Positions 39,474 to 57,358 of a DNA stretch of 64,000 nt are shown here, one piece after another. The DNA lies in assembly GCF_009914755.1 (NCBI RefSeq), contig NC_060931.1. One strand, 5' to 3'. Source of the DNA: the human T2T-CHM13v2.0 reference genome, Homo sapiens. The notes under the pieces are model-generated. The model was not told where the DNA came from and searched no databases. It saw only the letters and a list, made by a program, of their open reading frames with translations. Position 1 is the first letter of the stretch; every line of letters begins with the position of its first letter. A program made the translations under genes and the position numbers.

Positions 39474-40191
39474 CTAGGTGCCTGTAGTGCCTGTAATCCC
39501 AGCACTTTGGGAGGCCAAGGTGGGAGGATCGCCTGAGCCCAGGAGTTCAGTGCTACAGTGAGCTATGAAGACGCCACCATACCCCAGCCTGGGCAACAAA
39601 GTGAGACCCCATCTCTAAAAAAGGAAAAAAAAAAAAAAGAAAGAAACAAAAGAAAGAACAGGAAGGATCTAATTCCACTGGATCAGCATGAAAGCGGCGT
39701 GTGCCTCCGTATGTCCATTTCGCTTTCTCTGTCCTGCTCTGACCCAGCAGATTGGCCTCCAGGGACTGCACCACTGAGACCCCACACTCTCTTGCTTCTC
39801 GTGAGGTGTGGCCAGTGGAGGCACTGGCATGAGATCAGGGGGCGGGAAGACAGAGCCCAGTTCCCTCTGGTGGCTTCATCCTTTCACTTACAGCCCCTGC
39901 TCCTGCGGGGCCCCTCACCCATGGCCACTGCCTGCTGATCGGGAAACATCACTCCCTCCCTCCCATCAGCAATCAGATCCAGGAGTGCTTAGGGCCCCAT
40001 TACAGCCAAGTCCCAGGTCACCCTCTCTGGTCCATTCCCCTAATGCTGCCCACACCTTTGTAAACGCTCTCAATTGCCCTGTGAGACAGCGTACCATCTG
40101 TTTCCTGCCAGGGCCCGACGCATACAGGGTGTGGGCAAGGGTTTGTGAAATGCAGGGTCTTAGAGTTCACCCAGTTCACCTTCCCTTTTAA

Positions 40192-40374
<183 letters not shown>

Positions 40375-40436
40375 TGAGACAGTCTTGTTCTCTGTCACCC
40401 AGGCTGGAGTGCAGTGGCATGATCTGGGCTCACTGA

Positions 40437-40658
<222 letters not shown>

Positions 40659-41505
40659 TAACCACCATGCCCGGCCTTAATTTTTGTATTTATGTTTTGT
40701 AGAGATGGGGTGTTGCTATGTTGCCCAGGCTGGACTTGAACTCTTGGTCTCAAGCAATCCTCCCACCTCGGCCTCCCAAAGCACTAGGATTAGAGGTGTG
40801 AGCCATCTGCACCTGGCCTAACCATTGCTTTTTATGTAAGGGGAAACTGAGGCCCAGAGAGTGTGAGTGATCTGTCTTGGGTCACTCAGCCCCAGGGTTG
40901 GGGCTCATAGCTGTTCTGAAAAGGTTCTGGAGAGGCCAGGGCTTATCTCACAGAGGTTGGCAGCCTGTCTGCCCCATCCCCTGCCTGCCTCTCCCAGCCT
41001 GGTAGCTTCAAGATCATTTGAGCATTTCCTCCACAGCAGGAGCCGGATGCATCTGCTCCACCTAATAACCCCATTAGGGCCATTTGCGCCTCTCAGGGGC
41101 AGGCGCCTGGGAACCCAGCCAGCGCCCTCCTCCCTGACCTCTTGCCCCAGAGGGCAGGGCCCCTCCACATGGCACAGGGTGTCTTCCGGTCTCCTCTCCA
41201 TCCCTCACCCTCCCCTACCTGCCCATCAGCAACACATTGCTCCTCCTGCCTGGCACCCTTCCAAGGTCCACCTGGCCCAAGTGTCCTGCTCCTTCTTCAA
41301 AGCCACCCCTCCCCAAGATGCTGCCTCTGAAGCTCCAACAGTCCATCTCCCTGACAGTTGTGTCCTCTCCTTCTCTCGTATGTGGTAGTATCACTGTCTT
41401 CCCCCTAAAGCAGTGGGCACCTTGAGGGCAGAACCTTGCCGCGGGCATCTCTGGCCCCTGGGGTCCGAGCAATGAGCGGGAATCCTGATGATAAGTGTTG
41501 CATGA

Positions 41506-42067
<562 letters not shown>

Positions 42068-42311
42068 TAAAAACAAAAATCTTAAAAAAAAAAATCTTTT
42101 TGAAAAAAGGGGTCTTGTTATGTTGCCCAGGCTGGGCTTACCAGAGCTTCCTGGGGACATGCATTGTCCTGGACATCTGGAAACCTCTCCTCAGGGAAAG
42201 GAAGGAGGCAGGAGCCATGTGTGAGAATTTGGAAACAAAGTGAGGTCTTGGGTTTGTCCTGCAGCCTGAGATGCAGCGGGTACCCCTGTGCCAATCCCCA
42301 CCCTTACTCAC

Positions 42312-42423
42312 CCACGTCTGTCCCAGGCTGGACACGGGTCAGTAGCAGCAACAGCGACACTAGCAGCTGGGACTGTCCCGCAGAGAGCCCTATGGCCGGG
42401 CCAAGCCTCCAGCTGTTGTCCAT
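42312..42423 (-). pseudogene. UPK3BL1: Orphan exon 1 of uroplakin-3b-like (UPK3BL1/UPK3BL2): MDNSWRLGPAIGLSAGQSQLLVSLLLLLTRVQPGTDV signal peptide; downstream exons not found
   Basis: CAGATGG start at 42423, G|gtgagt donor at 42312/42311; 112 nt, phase 1; matches the recalled UPK3BL N-terminus; too short for the ORF track. Confidence 0.88.
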
Positions 42424-42757
42424 CTGTCTGTCCGTCCGTCTGCAGTGTCTGCAGCCCCAGAGGCTCCCCTGTCTGTAGTCTGTGCTGTGCTAGGGGAAGC
42501 TGTTCCTGGCATCTCCTGCTGCCCCTCCCAGCTACCCCCTCCTCTCAAACAACTGGTTGGACAGGTTTGGGGGCAGAATCTGCCAGCCCAGTGAATCTGG
42601 CATCGCCAGGGAGGGGTCTGAAGAGAACATACAGTTGCAAGACAAGCCTGGACTACCCCCGCCACCCACCAGGAGCGCCTGACCAGGGAGGGGCTGAGGA
42701 AGGAGGCGGGGCAGCCTCAGGATCCAGGCTGCCCCAGGGACAATCCCGCTAAGTCTA

Positions 42758-42955
<198 letters not shown>

Positions 42956-43713
42956 CTAGGAGGAGTTAGTGTCTGTTTTTGGTTCATAGGGAGTGCCGGT
43001 CAAGCAAACTCCCTGGAGTCTCTTTTATTTATTATTATTATTATTTTTTTTTTTTTGGGGGGGGCAGGGTCTCACTCTGTCACCCAGGCTGGAGTGCAGT
43101 GGTGCGATCATAGCTCACTGCGGCCTTGACCTCCCAGGCTCAAGGTTCTCAGATTCTCAGACCCCACCCTGGGGAAGGATGGAGGATGAGGACAAGCTTC
43201 CCAGGTCCACATGACAGAGGGACTCAGGATTGGCAATTTGGCCTGTGTCCAGCTTTGCTGCTCAGAGAGCTCAGATCCCCACCCTCAATTCACTCCCTTG
43301 TGTGGAAGGGAGTGACCCTCACTTTCTAGCACACACAGGGAAGAGGGCTTGGCTAAGAGCACCCAGGAGGTCAGGGCAGGACTGGGGATTAGATCACACC
43401 CAAATGCAAGCTCTGTGGCACTCCTGGTATAGCCCTGCTGTCCCCCTGTAGCCTGGCCCTGGGAGGGGGGCTCCCAGACTTCACACCCCCTCACCTCTTT
43501 ATCCAGGGGACCGGCTGTCTCTTCCTCCTTCATCCCCAGCCTCTGTCAGGGCAGGGTAGTTCCTCCTCGAGACAGAAAATTACCAGATGGAAGTCCAGGC
43601 ATGGTGGCTCACGCCTGTAATCCCAGCATTTTGAGAGGCCGAGGTGGGTGGATCACCTGAGGTCAGGAGTTCGAGACCAGCCTGGCCAACACGGCGAAAC
43701 CCCATCTCTACTA

Positions 43714-43872
<159 letters not shown>

Positions 43873-44126
43873 TCAAAAAAAAAAAAAAAAAAAAAAAAGA
43901 TGAGATGGGGCTCAGGGCAGGTGGAGCGAGACCTGTGACCACCTCTCCCCTGGATCGGGGTACTAGCCCCCGTCAGCCTGACCTTCACGCTCTAATTATG
44001 CCAGATGTCTTCATTCTGGGAAACCCAACAGATTATCACCTGTGGGCCCCATTTTTGGATGAAGAGGGGCCATTCCCTGAAAGGGACATACCTCAGTTCC
44101 CCGAGGGGATTCAGATGTTCACCTCA

Positions 44127-44755
<629 letters not shown>

Positions 44756-44758
44756 TGA

Positions 44759-44962
<204 letters not shown>

Positions 44963-45495
44963 TGACCTCATGTGATCTGCCTGCCTCGGCCTCCCAAAGT
45001 GCTGAAATTACAGGTGTGAGCCACTGTGTCCGGCTGCCCAGCTAATTTTTTAACTTTTTGTAGAAAGAGAGTCTTACTGTGTTGCCCAGGCTGGTCTCAA
45101 ATTCCTGGGCTCAAGTGATCCTCCCACCTCAGCCTCCTGAAGTTCTGGGATTCCAGGTGTGAGCCACCATGTCCGGCCTGTATAATACAATTTTTCCCTC
45201 TCTCACTCCCTTTCAAAAGGCAGTTGAAAGCAGACATCAGAATGTGGGAAGGGCTTGTTTCCCCTTTTTGAAAATACGTTCTTGCTCATCGACTCATCCT
45301 CTCCTTGGGTCCCCAGAGATGGGCAGGGCAGGTGTTATGACTAATCTCATTATACGGATGAGAAGAAACCTGGGGCCCGGCAGGGAAAGAAACTTCCTGC
45401 AGTCCCAGGGCAGGTCAGCGGCAGGGCTGGGACCCAACCCCAGGTCTCCTGTACCCAGGCACGACTCCCTCTTTGCCTTTTTTTTTAAAATTTAA

Positions 45496-45897
<402 letters not shown>

Positions 45898-45919
45898 TGA
45901 TCCCGCCTCAGCCTCCTGA

Positions 45920-46093
<174 letters not shown>

Positions 46094-46555
46094 TGAATGG
46101 ATTTTAAAAACCCACCTAGGCTGGGCGTGGTGGTGCATGTTTGTAGTTCCAGTACTTTGAGAGGCTGAGGCCGGAGGATCATATGAGGCCAGGAGTTTAA
46201 GGTTGCAGTGAACCATGATCATACCACTGCACTCCAGCCTAGGCGACGGAGTGAGACCCTGTCTCTAAACTAATAATAATTTTTGAAAGTGTTAAAATCC
46301 ACCTAGATTTTTGGTGTGATGTGTGATTCAAATTATTTTTTTCTCAAGTTAGCCCGTTATTCAAACACTAAAATATTGAAAAATGCATCCTAAGCCGGGT
46401 GCAGTGGCTCACACCAGCACTTTGGGAGGCCAACGCAGGCGGATCACCTGAGGTTGGGAGTTCAAGACCAGCCTGACCAACATGGAGAATAATAATAAGC
46501 CGAGATCGCACCATTGTACTCCAGCCTGGGCAGCGAGAGTGAAACTCCATCTCAA

Positions 46556-46622
46556 AAAGAAAGAGAGAAAGAGAGAGAGAGAGAGAGATAAAGGAAGGGA
46601 GGAAAGAAAAACAAAGAAAGGA

Positions 46623-46674
<52 letters not shown>
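46556..46674 (+). repeat. (GA)n/(GAAA)n microsatellite in an Alu tail
   Basis: Direct reading. Confidence 0.9.
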
Positions 46675-46675
<1 letters not shown>

Positions 46676-46730
46676 GTATCCTTTCCCTATTTGAACTGAA
46701 ATGCCTTTTTTTTTTTTTTTTTTTTTTTGA

Positions 46731-46859
<129 letters not shown>

Positions 46860-48048
46860 TAATTTTTGTTTTTTTAGTACAGATGAGTTTTCACCATGTT
46901 GGCCAGGCTGGTCTCAAAGTCCTGACCTCATATGATCTGCCCACCTCGGCCTCCCAAGGTGCTGGGGTGACAGGCATGAGCCACCACGCCTGGCCTGAAA
47001 TGCCGTTTTTATCATACGCTGCAGACTAATGCATCCTCAGTGTCACCTCCCAGCTTGATGTGGGACAAGCCACCAAGGGTGTCCTCACCATGGCCCTGCT
47101 CAGGCCACCAGTTGGCTATGTTTGCCCCTGCCACCCCAGGCACACAGGAGTTCAGGAGTCCTCTCTGGCCTTGCCTTTATCCTGGGGCAGCTGCAGGTGA
47201 CAACCTCTGGAAGAGGTGGTAAGAGGAGCCAGGACACAGGCCAGTCTGAGGGACACACTCCTCCCACAGTCCTGGAGAGGGGCCTGCATGTTTCTGCACC
47301 TGGAGGGCCGGGCCAGGGTGGGGAAGACTGGGGATGGGGGGGAGGCTGGACCCTGCAGGTTCTTGGACCTGTGGTCAACCGGGAAGCCAAGTCCCTGATC
47401 TGCAGTGAGGCTGCGGCTGCCAGCCCCTTGAATAGGCACAGTAAGCACCTCCCAGCAATGCCACTGTGCAGAAGAGATGCCAACAGTGACAAGGGGGGCC
47501 AGGATGGTCCCCAAACCAGACACCCCATCTTCACCCTCTGCCATTTTCCTTCTCCAGGTCAGCCCTGGGGCCCTGGCACAAGCTCAGGAGGGGAGAGAGG
47601 CCATGCAAAGTGATCACACTGGACCCTCTGCCCTGAGAGCCTGGGCACTGGGAACCAGATGTACTGTGATTTAGAAGAATGCGGCCGGGTGCGGTGGCTC
47701 ACAGCTGTAATCCCAGCACTTTGGGAGGTTGAGGCAAGAGGATCGCTTGAGCTCAGGAGTTCGAGACCAGCCTAGGCAATATGGTTAGACCCATCTCTAC
47801 TAAAAATACAAAAAATTAGCTGCGCATGGTGGTGCACGCCTGTAGTCCCAGTTACTCATGAGGCTGAGGGTTGAGGCATGAGAATTGCTTGAGCTCAGGG
47901 TGGTTGGGGGAGGTTGGGGGGATGGAGGGTAGAACTGAGCTGGGATAGTGCACCACTGCATCCAGTCTGGGTGACAGAGTGAGACCCTGTCTCAAAAAAA
48001 AAAAAAAATGCATCTTATACCTTGAGGGTCATGGAGTCTTTCACGCCT

Positions 48049-48050
<2 letters not shown>

Positions 48051-48100
<50 letters not shown>
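48051..48100 (+). repeat. (GT)25 microsatellite
   Basis: Direct reading. Confidence 0.95.
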
Positions 48101-48101
<1 letters not shown>

Positions 48102-48224
48102 CAGGTCAACTTCTGGAATTTCTGTTTCATTTCTTGGATCAATCTGTCTGTTCAGGTGTCAGTACTAGACTATTTTAATCCCTGTATGTATGTATGCATG
48201 TATGTATGTATGTATTTATTTTGA

Positions 48225-48341
<117 letters not shown>

Positions 48342-48709
48342 TAGGATTACAGGTGCCCACCACCACGCCTGGTTAATTTTTGTGTTTTTAGTAGAGATGG
48401 GGTTTCACCATTTTGGCCAGGCTGGTTGAGAACTCCTGACCTCAAGTCATCCGCCCGCCTCTGCCTCCCAAAGTGCTGGGATTACAGGCGTGAGCCACTG
48501 CACCCAGCCAATCGCTGTATTTTTATAATCTGCTTTGTTCTGTAAATGATCCCTCTCGAGTGTAACTCACTAGTGGGCTGTGTCCTTCTTTGGTGAATGT
48601 CTCTTTTTCCCATTAAACTGTAACTCTCTGAGGGCGGGGACTGGATCTGTTTATCTGTTTAGTTCTCCCACTGAATCCTCACTGTTAACCTAGGGGTCTG
48701 GCACAATAA

Positions 48710-49034
<325 letters not shown>

Positions 49035-49267
49035 TAGGATTACAGGTGCCCACCACCATGCCCGGCTAATTTTTGTATTTTTAGTAGAGATGGGGTTTCA
49101 CCACGTTGGCCAGGCTGGTCTCAAACTCCTGACCTCAAATGATCCATCCCCCTCGGCCTCCCAAAGTGCTGGGATTACAGGCATGAGCCACTGCGCCCAG
49201 CCAATTTTTAAATTTTTTCTGGAGATGGGGTGCTCGCTATGTTGCCCAGGCTGGTCTCAAACTCTAG

Positions 49268-49648
<381 letters not shown>

Positions 49649-50697
49649 TGATCCACCCGCCTTGGCCTCCTAAAGTGCTGGGATTACAGGTGTGAACCAC
49701 CATGCCCGGCCGTGACACTCGTTTTATAGCATCAGGCTGGTGACCAGAATGTCATGGCTTCTGGGCAGAGGCCAGCTTCCATGCCGTGTCCTGTCTTCCT
49801 AGTGCAGATGTCCCCAGCTGCAGTGAGTACCAGCGTGAGGGAATGGGCTCCAGACTCCCAGAGGGGCCACAGGGATGGCCACGCCAAGCTCTGGGGAGTA
49901 GCCGATTCCCCAGCACCTGCCTGCCCATGCACCTTTGGGGTGACTCATGAGACAGGGTGGGGCTCCCACCTCCCCTCTCCCAAAAGGCAATCAGCTATAA
50001 AGGCTCTCAGAGGCCCACCCAGCCCCAGGTCATCAAACAAGCCCCAGTTCCATGGCAACCATTATACCCATTCATCAAGGAGATGAAGAAGGAGGTGCTT
50101 CCTGGTTCACCCCACCCTCAGCAGAGACAGACCCCAGATCTGGGCCCAGGACTTTGTGCAGGGAGGGGAAATGCAGGTGACTCAGCCCCTATTCCTCCAT
50201 CAAACCAGCCTTGAAGATGGGTTAAATCAGAGCTTTTCATTCCACAAAAGAGAAATTTTAATGGGGTCAGAACATTGATCTTCTAATATTTGAAAGCCTG
50301 TTAACTAGGAGAGAGAGAGCAAACTATTTTGTTGTAGGAGGACCCACCCAGCTCTGACGGTTTAAAGCGTCATGAATGCGAATTTGAACTCCAGAAAAGC
50401 AGAGCTTCCTAACAATGGGACTTCCACAGCAATGGGATCTGCTTCCTCTTTCAGTTTGTGCCTTTTCTATGAGCGAGAGACTCCTAGGAAAGCAGCAGCC
50501 CATTAGGAAAACGTGTGGGAACTCACTCGCAGGTTCTTTATTTTTTTTGAGATGGAGTTTTGCTCTTGTTGCCCAGGCTGGAGCACAATGGTGCCATCTT
50601 GGCTCCCTGCAACCTGCGCACCATGAGTTCAAGTGATTCTCCAGCGCCCTCTCCTGAGTAGCTGCGATTACAGGCATCCACCACCATGCCTGGCTAA

Positions 50698-50820
<123 letters not shown>

Positions 50821-51591
50821 TGAGCCCAGCCGGGAACCCACAGGTTTTTTGGATGGTCTCTGAATGTCATGTAACTCTTTTATTTTTTATCAAAAAAACT
50901 TTTTTTGACACAGTATCTTGCTGTGTTGCCCAGACTGGAGTGCAGTGGCAAGATCACGGCTCACTGCAGCTTCTAACTCCTGGGCTCAAGTGATCTTCCT
51001 GTCACATGAGTCTCCCAAGTAGTTGGAACACAGGTGCCAGCCACCACACCTGGCTAATTTGGTTTGGTTTTGTTTTTTTAGAGATGGGCTCTTGCTATGT
51101 TGCCTATACTGGTCTCGAACTGCTGGCCTCAGGCAATCTTCCTCCCTTGGCCACCCAAAGTGCTGGGATTACAAGCATGAGCCACTGTGCACAGCTGAAA
51201 TTTTTTGACTTAGTCTTTTTGTACATGTGATATTTTATTCATAGAATCCATAAATGGAAGGGAAATTTCTGAGTTCAGAGCAATACATATGATACAAAAC
51301 TTGATATATAGACTAGAGTTTCTTAGCCGAACTGGAGGGGCTGGCTTAGGTAATCCATGGATTCCCTGAAACTGGGGACACCATTGGAAATATGTGTGAG
51401 CTCAGGGGCAGTTTCCTATGATTTTTAGGCCTCAAAATGTCTCTTGGACTCAAAATTGCCTTAGGGCAGAGGACGTGTGTACCCCCAGTATAGAATCTCG
51501 GACAGTGAATGTGAGTAAACATTCGGCAGAAAAGCTCTGCCAAACTGAGTGCTCTGATGTGACTTTTTCATCAAGTCAGTATTCCTGGGAT

Positions 51592-51660
51592 CTCTTGTAC
51601 GTGATAATCTCACTCTTGTACATGATAATCTCACTCTTGTACATGATACTCTCACTCTTA
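51592..51660 (+). repeat. 21-bp tandem repeat x3 (ctcttgtacatgataatctca)
   Basis: Direct reading. Confidence 0.9.
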
Positions 51661-51722
51661 TAAGGTTTCATCGTTTCTGCTTACCCTAGTTTTCTTTCCC
51701 ACTCTGTTCCCTCTCCCACCAG

Positions 51723-52143
51723 ACTGGACTCTGAAATGGGCATGTACAGAGACGAAGAGACCCCAACATGCTTCAGGCTTTGAGTGGAGAGGACACAGCC
51801 TCTGCTGGGACAGGGAATAGAGGGATGTGGAGTCCCTGAAGATGCTTTTGGACAATGGTCTGAGGTTGGGACAGTGGCAGGAGATACCATTCACCCAGGA
51901 TCTCCAGGACAAGAGATCAGCCTGGCAGTTACATGTGTTTTTTTTCAAACTGGTTGCCAGGTTGGCATGAACGATGACATCAGAGATTCCGACCTTCCTG
52001 ATTGGAGGGACCGGACTCCGTGGTGCCTGGAGATCAGTTGGACAACAGTATCTTCTCAGAGCTGTTCTCTACTCCTGACTTCTCCTAGGCTTGAGAATTG
52101 ATAACATACTCTTCTGGATCCTAGAAGTGTCCAGAAGAAGGCC
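51723..52143 (+). other. SPDYE2: Probable SPDYE 5' UTR part of the first coding exon (upstream donor gtgagt at 51511 suggests a non-coding exon 1)
   Basis: Long polypyrimidine tract ending ccaccag at 51722; alternative acceptor ctcctag at 52088. Confidence 0.5.
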
Positions 52144-52303
52144 ATGGACAGAACGGAGACTAGGTTCCGTAAGAGGGGACAGATTACGGGAAAGATCACG
52201 ACCAGCCGTCAACCGCACCCCCAGAATGAGCAGAGTCCCCAGCGGAGCACCTCGGGGTACCCCCTCCAGGAGGTGGTGGATGATGAAATGTTGGGACCAT
52301 CAG
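52144..52303 (+). CDS. SPDYE2: Speedy/RINGO E2-type coding exon 1 ([53 protein letters not shown])
   Basis: GCCATGG Kozak, G|gtgagg donor; 160 nt; the seven coding exons total 1209 nt = 402 aa + stop; SPDYE2 vs SPDYE2B unresolved. Confidence 0.93.
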
Positions 52304-52649
52304 GTGAGGGGACTGGTGGAAGAAGAGGTGGGATAGGATTGACTAAGACGAAGGAAGGGGGCCGGGTGCGGTGGCTCACGCCTGTAACCCCAGCACTTTG
52401 GGAGGCCGAGGCGGGCGGATCACCTGAGGTCAGGAGATCAAGGCCAGCCTGGCCAATATGGTGAAACCCCATCTCTACTAAAAGTATAAAAATTAGCCAA
52501 GTTGTAGTGGTGCACACCTGTAATCCCAGCTACTCAGGAGGCTGAGACAGGAGAATCACTTGAGACTGGGAGGAAGAGGTTGCAGTGAGCTGAGAGCACA
52601 CTACTGCACTCCAAAAAAAAAAAAAAAAGAAAAGAAGGGTCAGCGGTCA

Positions 52650-53006
<357 letters not shown>

Positions 53007-53246
53007 TCAGAGAGCCAGGGACCAGGGAAGGACATGAAGCAGTGTTCGGAGGACAGAGAGAGAGAAGAATGGGGAGGGGAAGGAGCGGCACATGGGGTTG
53101 AGCAGAGGAGAAAATCAGAAAGATGGCTTAGAGAAGCCAGCAGTCTGCAAGTCTGGGGAGGATGGAGAGTGGTTTGGGGTTTTGGGTCGGGGTCTAAGGT
53201 GATCAGATGCAGAAGCATTACACGGTGGCCTGGTTTCTTTACTCAG

Positions 53247-53465
53247 CCCCTGGGGTAGATCCCAGCCCCCCATGTAGGTCCCTTGGCTGGAAAAGGAAGA
53301 GGGAGTGGTCAGATGAATCTGAGGAGGAGCCGGAGAAGGAGCTCGCCCCTGAGCCTGAGGAGACCTGGGTAGTGGAGATGCTGTGTGGGCTCAAGATGAA
53401 GCTGAAGCAACAGCGAGTGTCACCCATCCTCCCTGAGCACCACAAGGACTTCAACAGTCAGCTTG
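53247..53465 (+). CDS. SPDYE2: SPDYE coding exon 2 ([21 protein letters not shown]...HKDFNSQL; first repeat)
   Basis: actcag|CC acceptor, G|gtagga donor; 219 nt, phase 1/1. Confidence 0.94.
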
Positions 53466-54784
53466 GTAGGAGGATACCCCAGAGAGCACCTCCAATCCTG
53501 TTCTTTCTAAAAAGAGGAAACTTCCAATAACCACACTTTTCCAATGGGAAAGATACGCCCCCAGTGGCTGAGCTCTCCACGCAGGAGGACTCAGAAGTGA
53601 TCACTCATGAGGGACACTTAGGAGACGATAGAAGACTAGGCTAGACTTGATAAAGGTTGGCGCTTGGGATGAGAAAGCTTGGTTTCGGGCCAGGTGCAGT
53701 GGCTCACGCCTGAGATGCTAGCACGTTGGGAGGCTGAGGCAAGAGGATTGCTTGAACTCAGGACTTTGAGGCTGCAGTGAGCTATGACTGCACCACTGCA
53801 CTCCAGCCTGGGTGACAGAGCAAAACCCTGTGTCAAAAGAAAAACGAAGGCCAGGTGTGGTAGCTCATGCCTGTAATCCCATTACTTTGGGAGGCTGAGA
53901 TGGGTGGATCACTTGAGGTCAGTTGTTCGAGACCAACCAGACCAATATAGCGAAACCTCATTTATACTAACAATACAAAAATTAGCCAGGCATGCCTGTT
54001 ATCCCAGCTACTCAGGAGGCTGAGACAGGATAATCGCTTGAACCCAGGTGGAAGAGGTTGCTTTGAGCCAAGATAGCGCCACTGCATTCCATTCTGGGTG
54101 AGAGAGTGAGACGCTGTCTCAAAAAAAAAAAAAAAAAAAAAAAAAGAAGGAAGGAAGGGCCCAGAAGTCAGGAAGGAGCACATGAGGAGGGTGTGTGGGA
54201 AGAATGGAGGTACTGAGGCAGGGTGCAGTGGCTCACACCTGTAATCCCAGCACTTTGGGAGGCCAGGCAGGCAGATCACTTGAGGCCAGGAGTTGGAGAC
54301 CAGCCTGGCCAACATGGTGAAACCCTGTCTCTTCTAGAAGCACAAAAATGAGCTGGGCGTTCTGGTGGGCACCTGTAATCCCAGCTACTTGGGAGGCTTA
54401 GGCAGGAGAATCACTGGAACCCGGGAGGCAGAGGTTGCAGTGAGCCAAGATCGCACCACTACACTCCAGCCTAGGCCACAAAGCAAGACTGTTTCTCAAC
54501 AACAACAACAACAACAAAAAAAAAAAAAAAAAAAAGGGACTCAGAGAGCCAGGGACCAGGGAAGGATATGAGGAAGTGTTCTGAGGACAGAAAAACGGGA
54601 GAATGGGGAGGAGAAGGAGCGGCACATGGAGCTCAGCAGAGGAGACAGACAGAAGGAAAGATGGCTTGGAGAAGCCAGCAGTCTGCGAGGCTGGGGAGGA
54701 TGGAGAGTGGTTTGGGGTTTTGGGTCGGGCTCTAGTGTGATCAACTGCAGAAGCATTACACCGTGGCCTGGTTTCTTTACTCAG

Positions 54785-55015
54785 CCCCTGGGGTAGATCC
54801 CAGCCCCCCGCATAGGTCCTTTTGCTGGAAAAGGAAGATGGAGTGGTGGGACGAATCTGAGGAGTCGTTGGAGGAGGAGCCACGGAAGGTGCTCGCCCCT
54901 GAGCCTGAGGAGATCTGGGTGGCGGAGATGCTGTGTGGCCTCAAGATGAAGCTGAAGCGACGGCGAGTGTCGCTCGTGCTCCCTGAGCACCACGAGGCCT
55001 TCAACAGGCTGCTTG
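54785..55015 (+). CDS. SPDYE2: SPDYE coding exon 3 ([21 protein letters not shown]...HEAFNRLL; second repeat)
   Basis: actcag|CC acceptor, G|gtagga donor; 231 nt, phase 1/1. Confidence 0.94.
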
Positions 55016-55187
55016 GTAGGAGGACACCCCAGAGAGCACCTCCAATCCTGTTCTTTCCAAAAACAGGAAACTTCCAATAACCACACTTTTCCAATGGGAA
55101 AAATAGGCCCCAGTGGGTGAGCTCTCCATGTGGGAGGAATGTGAAGTGATCACTCATGAGGGACACTTAGGAGATGATAAAGGATTA

Positions 55188-55858
<671 letters not shown>

Positions 55859-56048
55859 TCAGGGGAGTCTCAGAGCAGGAGCCTCTCTCCCTTGCCCAGT
55901 GAAAGTCATTCTCCCCTCTCCCATCCACCTCACCCGCGGCCACAATCCTGAGACTTCCCCCCGGGAGGCACACTTCTCCTCCCTGCCCTGCTGCTCCCAC
56001 GGAAACCCTGTCCTGCTTCTCACACTGACATCTGCTCTCTAATCACAG

Positions 56049-56107
56049 AGGATCCTGTCATTAAAAGATTCTTGGCCTGGGACAAAGATCTGAGGGTGTC
56101 GGACAAG
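56049..56107 (+). CDS. SPDYE2: SPDYE coding exon 4 (EDPVIKRFLAWDKDLRVSDK; Speedy/RINGO box)
   Basis: tcacag|AG acceptor, AAG|gtaagg donor; 59 nt. Confidence 0.94.
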
Positions 56108-56222
56108 GTAAGGTTGTTCTCCATGTAACTGTTCCTGTTCCAACGCATGGCTGGGGGGAGGGCGCAGCTTCCAAACCCACAGTTCTCCCTCCACCACCTC
56201 CCACCAGATGCTCCTACAGTCT

Positions 56223-56275
<53 letters not shown>

Positions 56276-57358
56276 ACAGAGTCTTGCTCTGTTGCCCAGG
56301 CTGGAGGGCAGTGTCTCGATCTTGACTCACTGCAGCCGATGCCTCCTGGGTTCAAGCGATTCTCCTGCCTCAGCCTCCAAGCAGCTGGGATTACAGACAT
56401 GAACCACCACGCCTGGCTAATTTTTGTGTTTTTAGTAGAAACGGGGTTTTGCCATGTTGGCCAGGTTGGTCCTGAACACCTGACCTCAGGCGATCCACCC
56501 GCCTTGGCCTCCCAAAGTGCTGAGATTATAGACGTCAGCCACTGTGCCCGACCAGCTCCCATGGTCTTGAGTCTTGGCACCCACAAATTTTTTTTTTGTG
56601 AGACAGAGTCTAGCTCTGCTCCCCAGGATGGAGTGCAGTGGCATGATCATAGCTCATTGCAGCCTCTAATTCCTGGGCTCAAGCAATCTTCTTTCCTCAG
56701 CCTCCTGAGGAGCTGGGACTAGGCACATGCCACCATGCTCAACTAATTTTTGAAATGTTTGTAGAAACAGGGTCTCACTATGTTGCCCAGGTTGTTCTCG
56801 AACTGTTGGGCTCACATGATCCTCCTGTCTCCACCTCTCAAAAAGTACTGGGATCACAGGCTTGAGCCGCCACTCCCGGCTATTCTTGGTCTTTTTATGA
56901 TTTGTCAGCATCTCCCTCAGGATTCTGCTGGTCTCTTGCAGAGTGAATGAGTGGCCCCTGCCTCTCCTATGGGTCCTTTGGGATCTGAGCTCTGGGCCAC
57001 AGTCTGGCCGCAGCCCTGAAGCTCCTGGCCCCTCTACTCTCAGCTCTTCGGGACAGTTCTCTGCCTGGCACACAAAAGACCCTCCTGACACCAGCCGACC
57101 TAGACACACCCCCTCCAAAGATCCCATCGGAGCCCACCATCCTGGGAGCATCACCCAAAACCCTTCCTCTGGCTTCTCGGATTTGCATCCGACCTTCAAA
57201 TACCCCTCCATCCCGCAATTTCCAAATGAGTAGTCACCCCAACACTGAGGTCCCTTCTCTGATGGGCAGCCCCTCCCCAGACCCTCATTCCCCCTCTCCA
57301 CAATCTTCCTCTTCCAAGATGTGACCTCTCCCTCTCTGTGTTCCTTTCTCTCCATCAG

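Noticed and set aside
47100-47613. 130-163 aa ORFs in unique sequence
   Set aside because: No recognisable domain; GC-rich frames open on both strands; checked as possible missing UPK3BL exons but they lie upstream of exon 1 and do not match
49754-50086. 110-aa ATG ORF (MASGQRPASMPCPV...)
   Set aside because: No homology I can support and no exon structure
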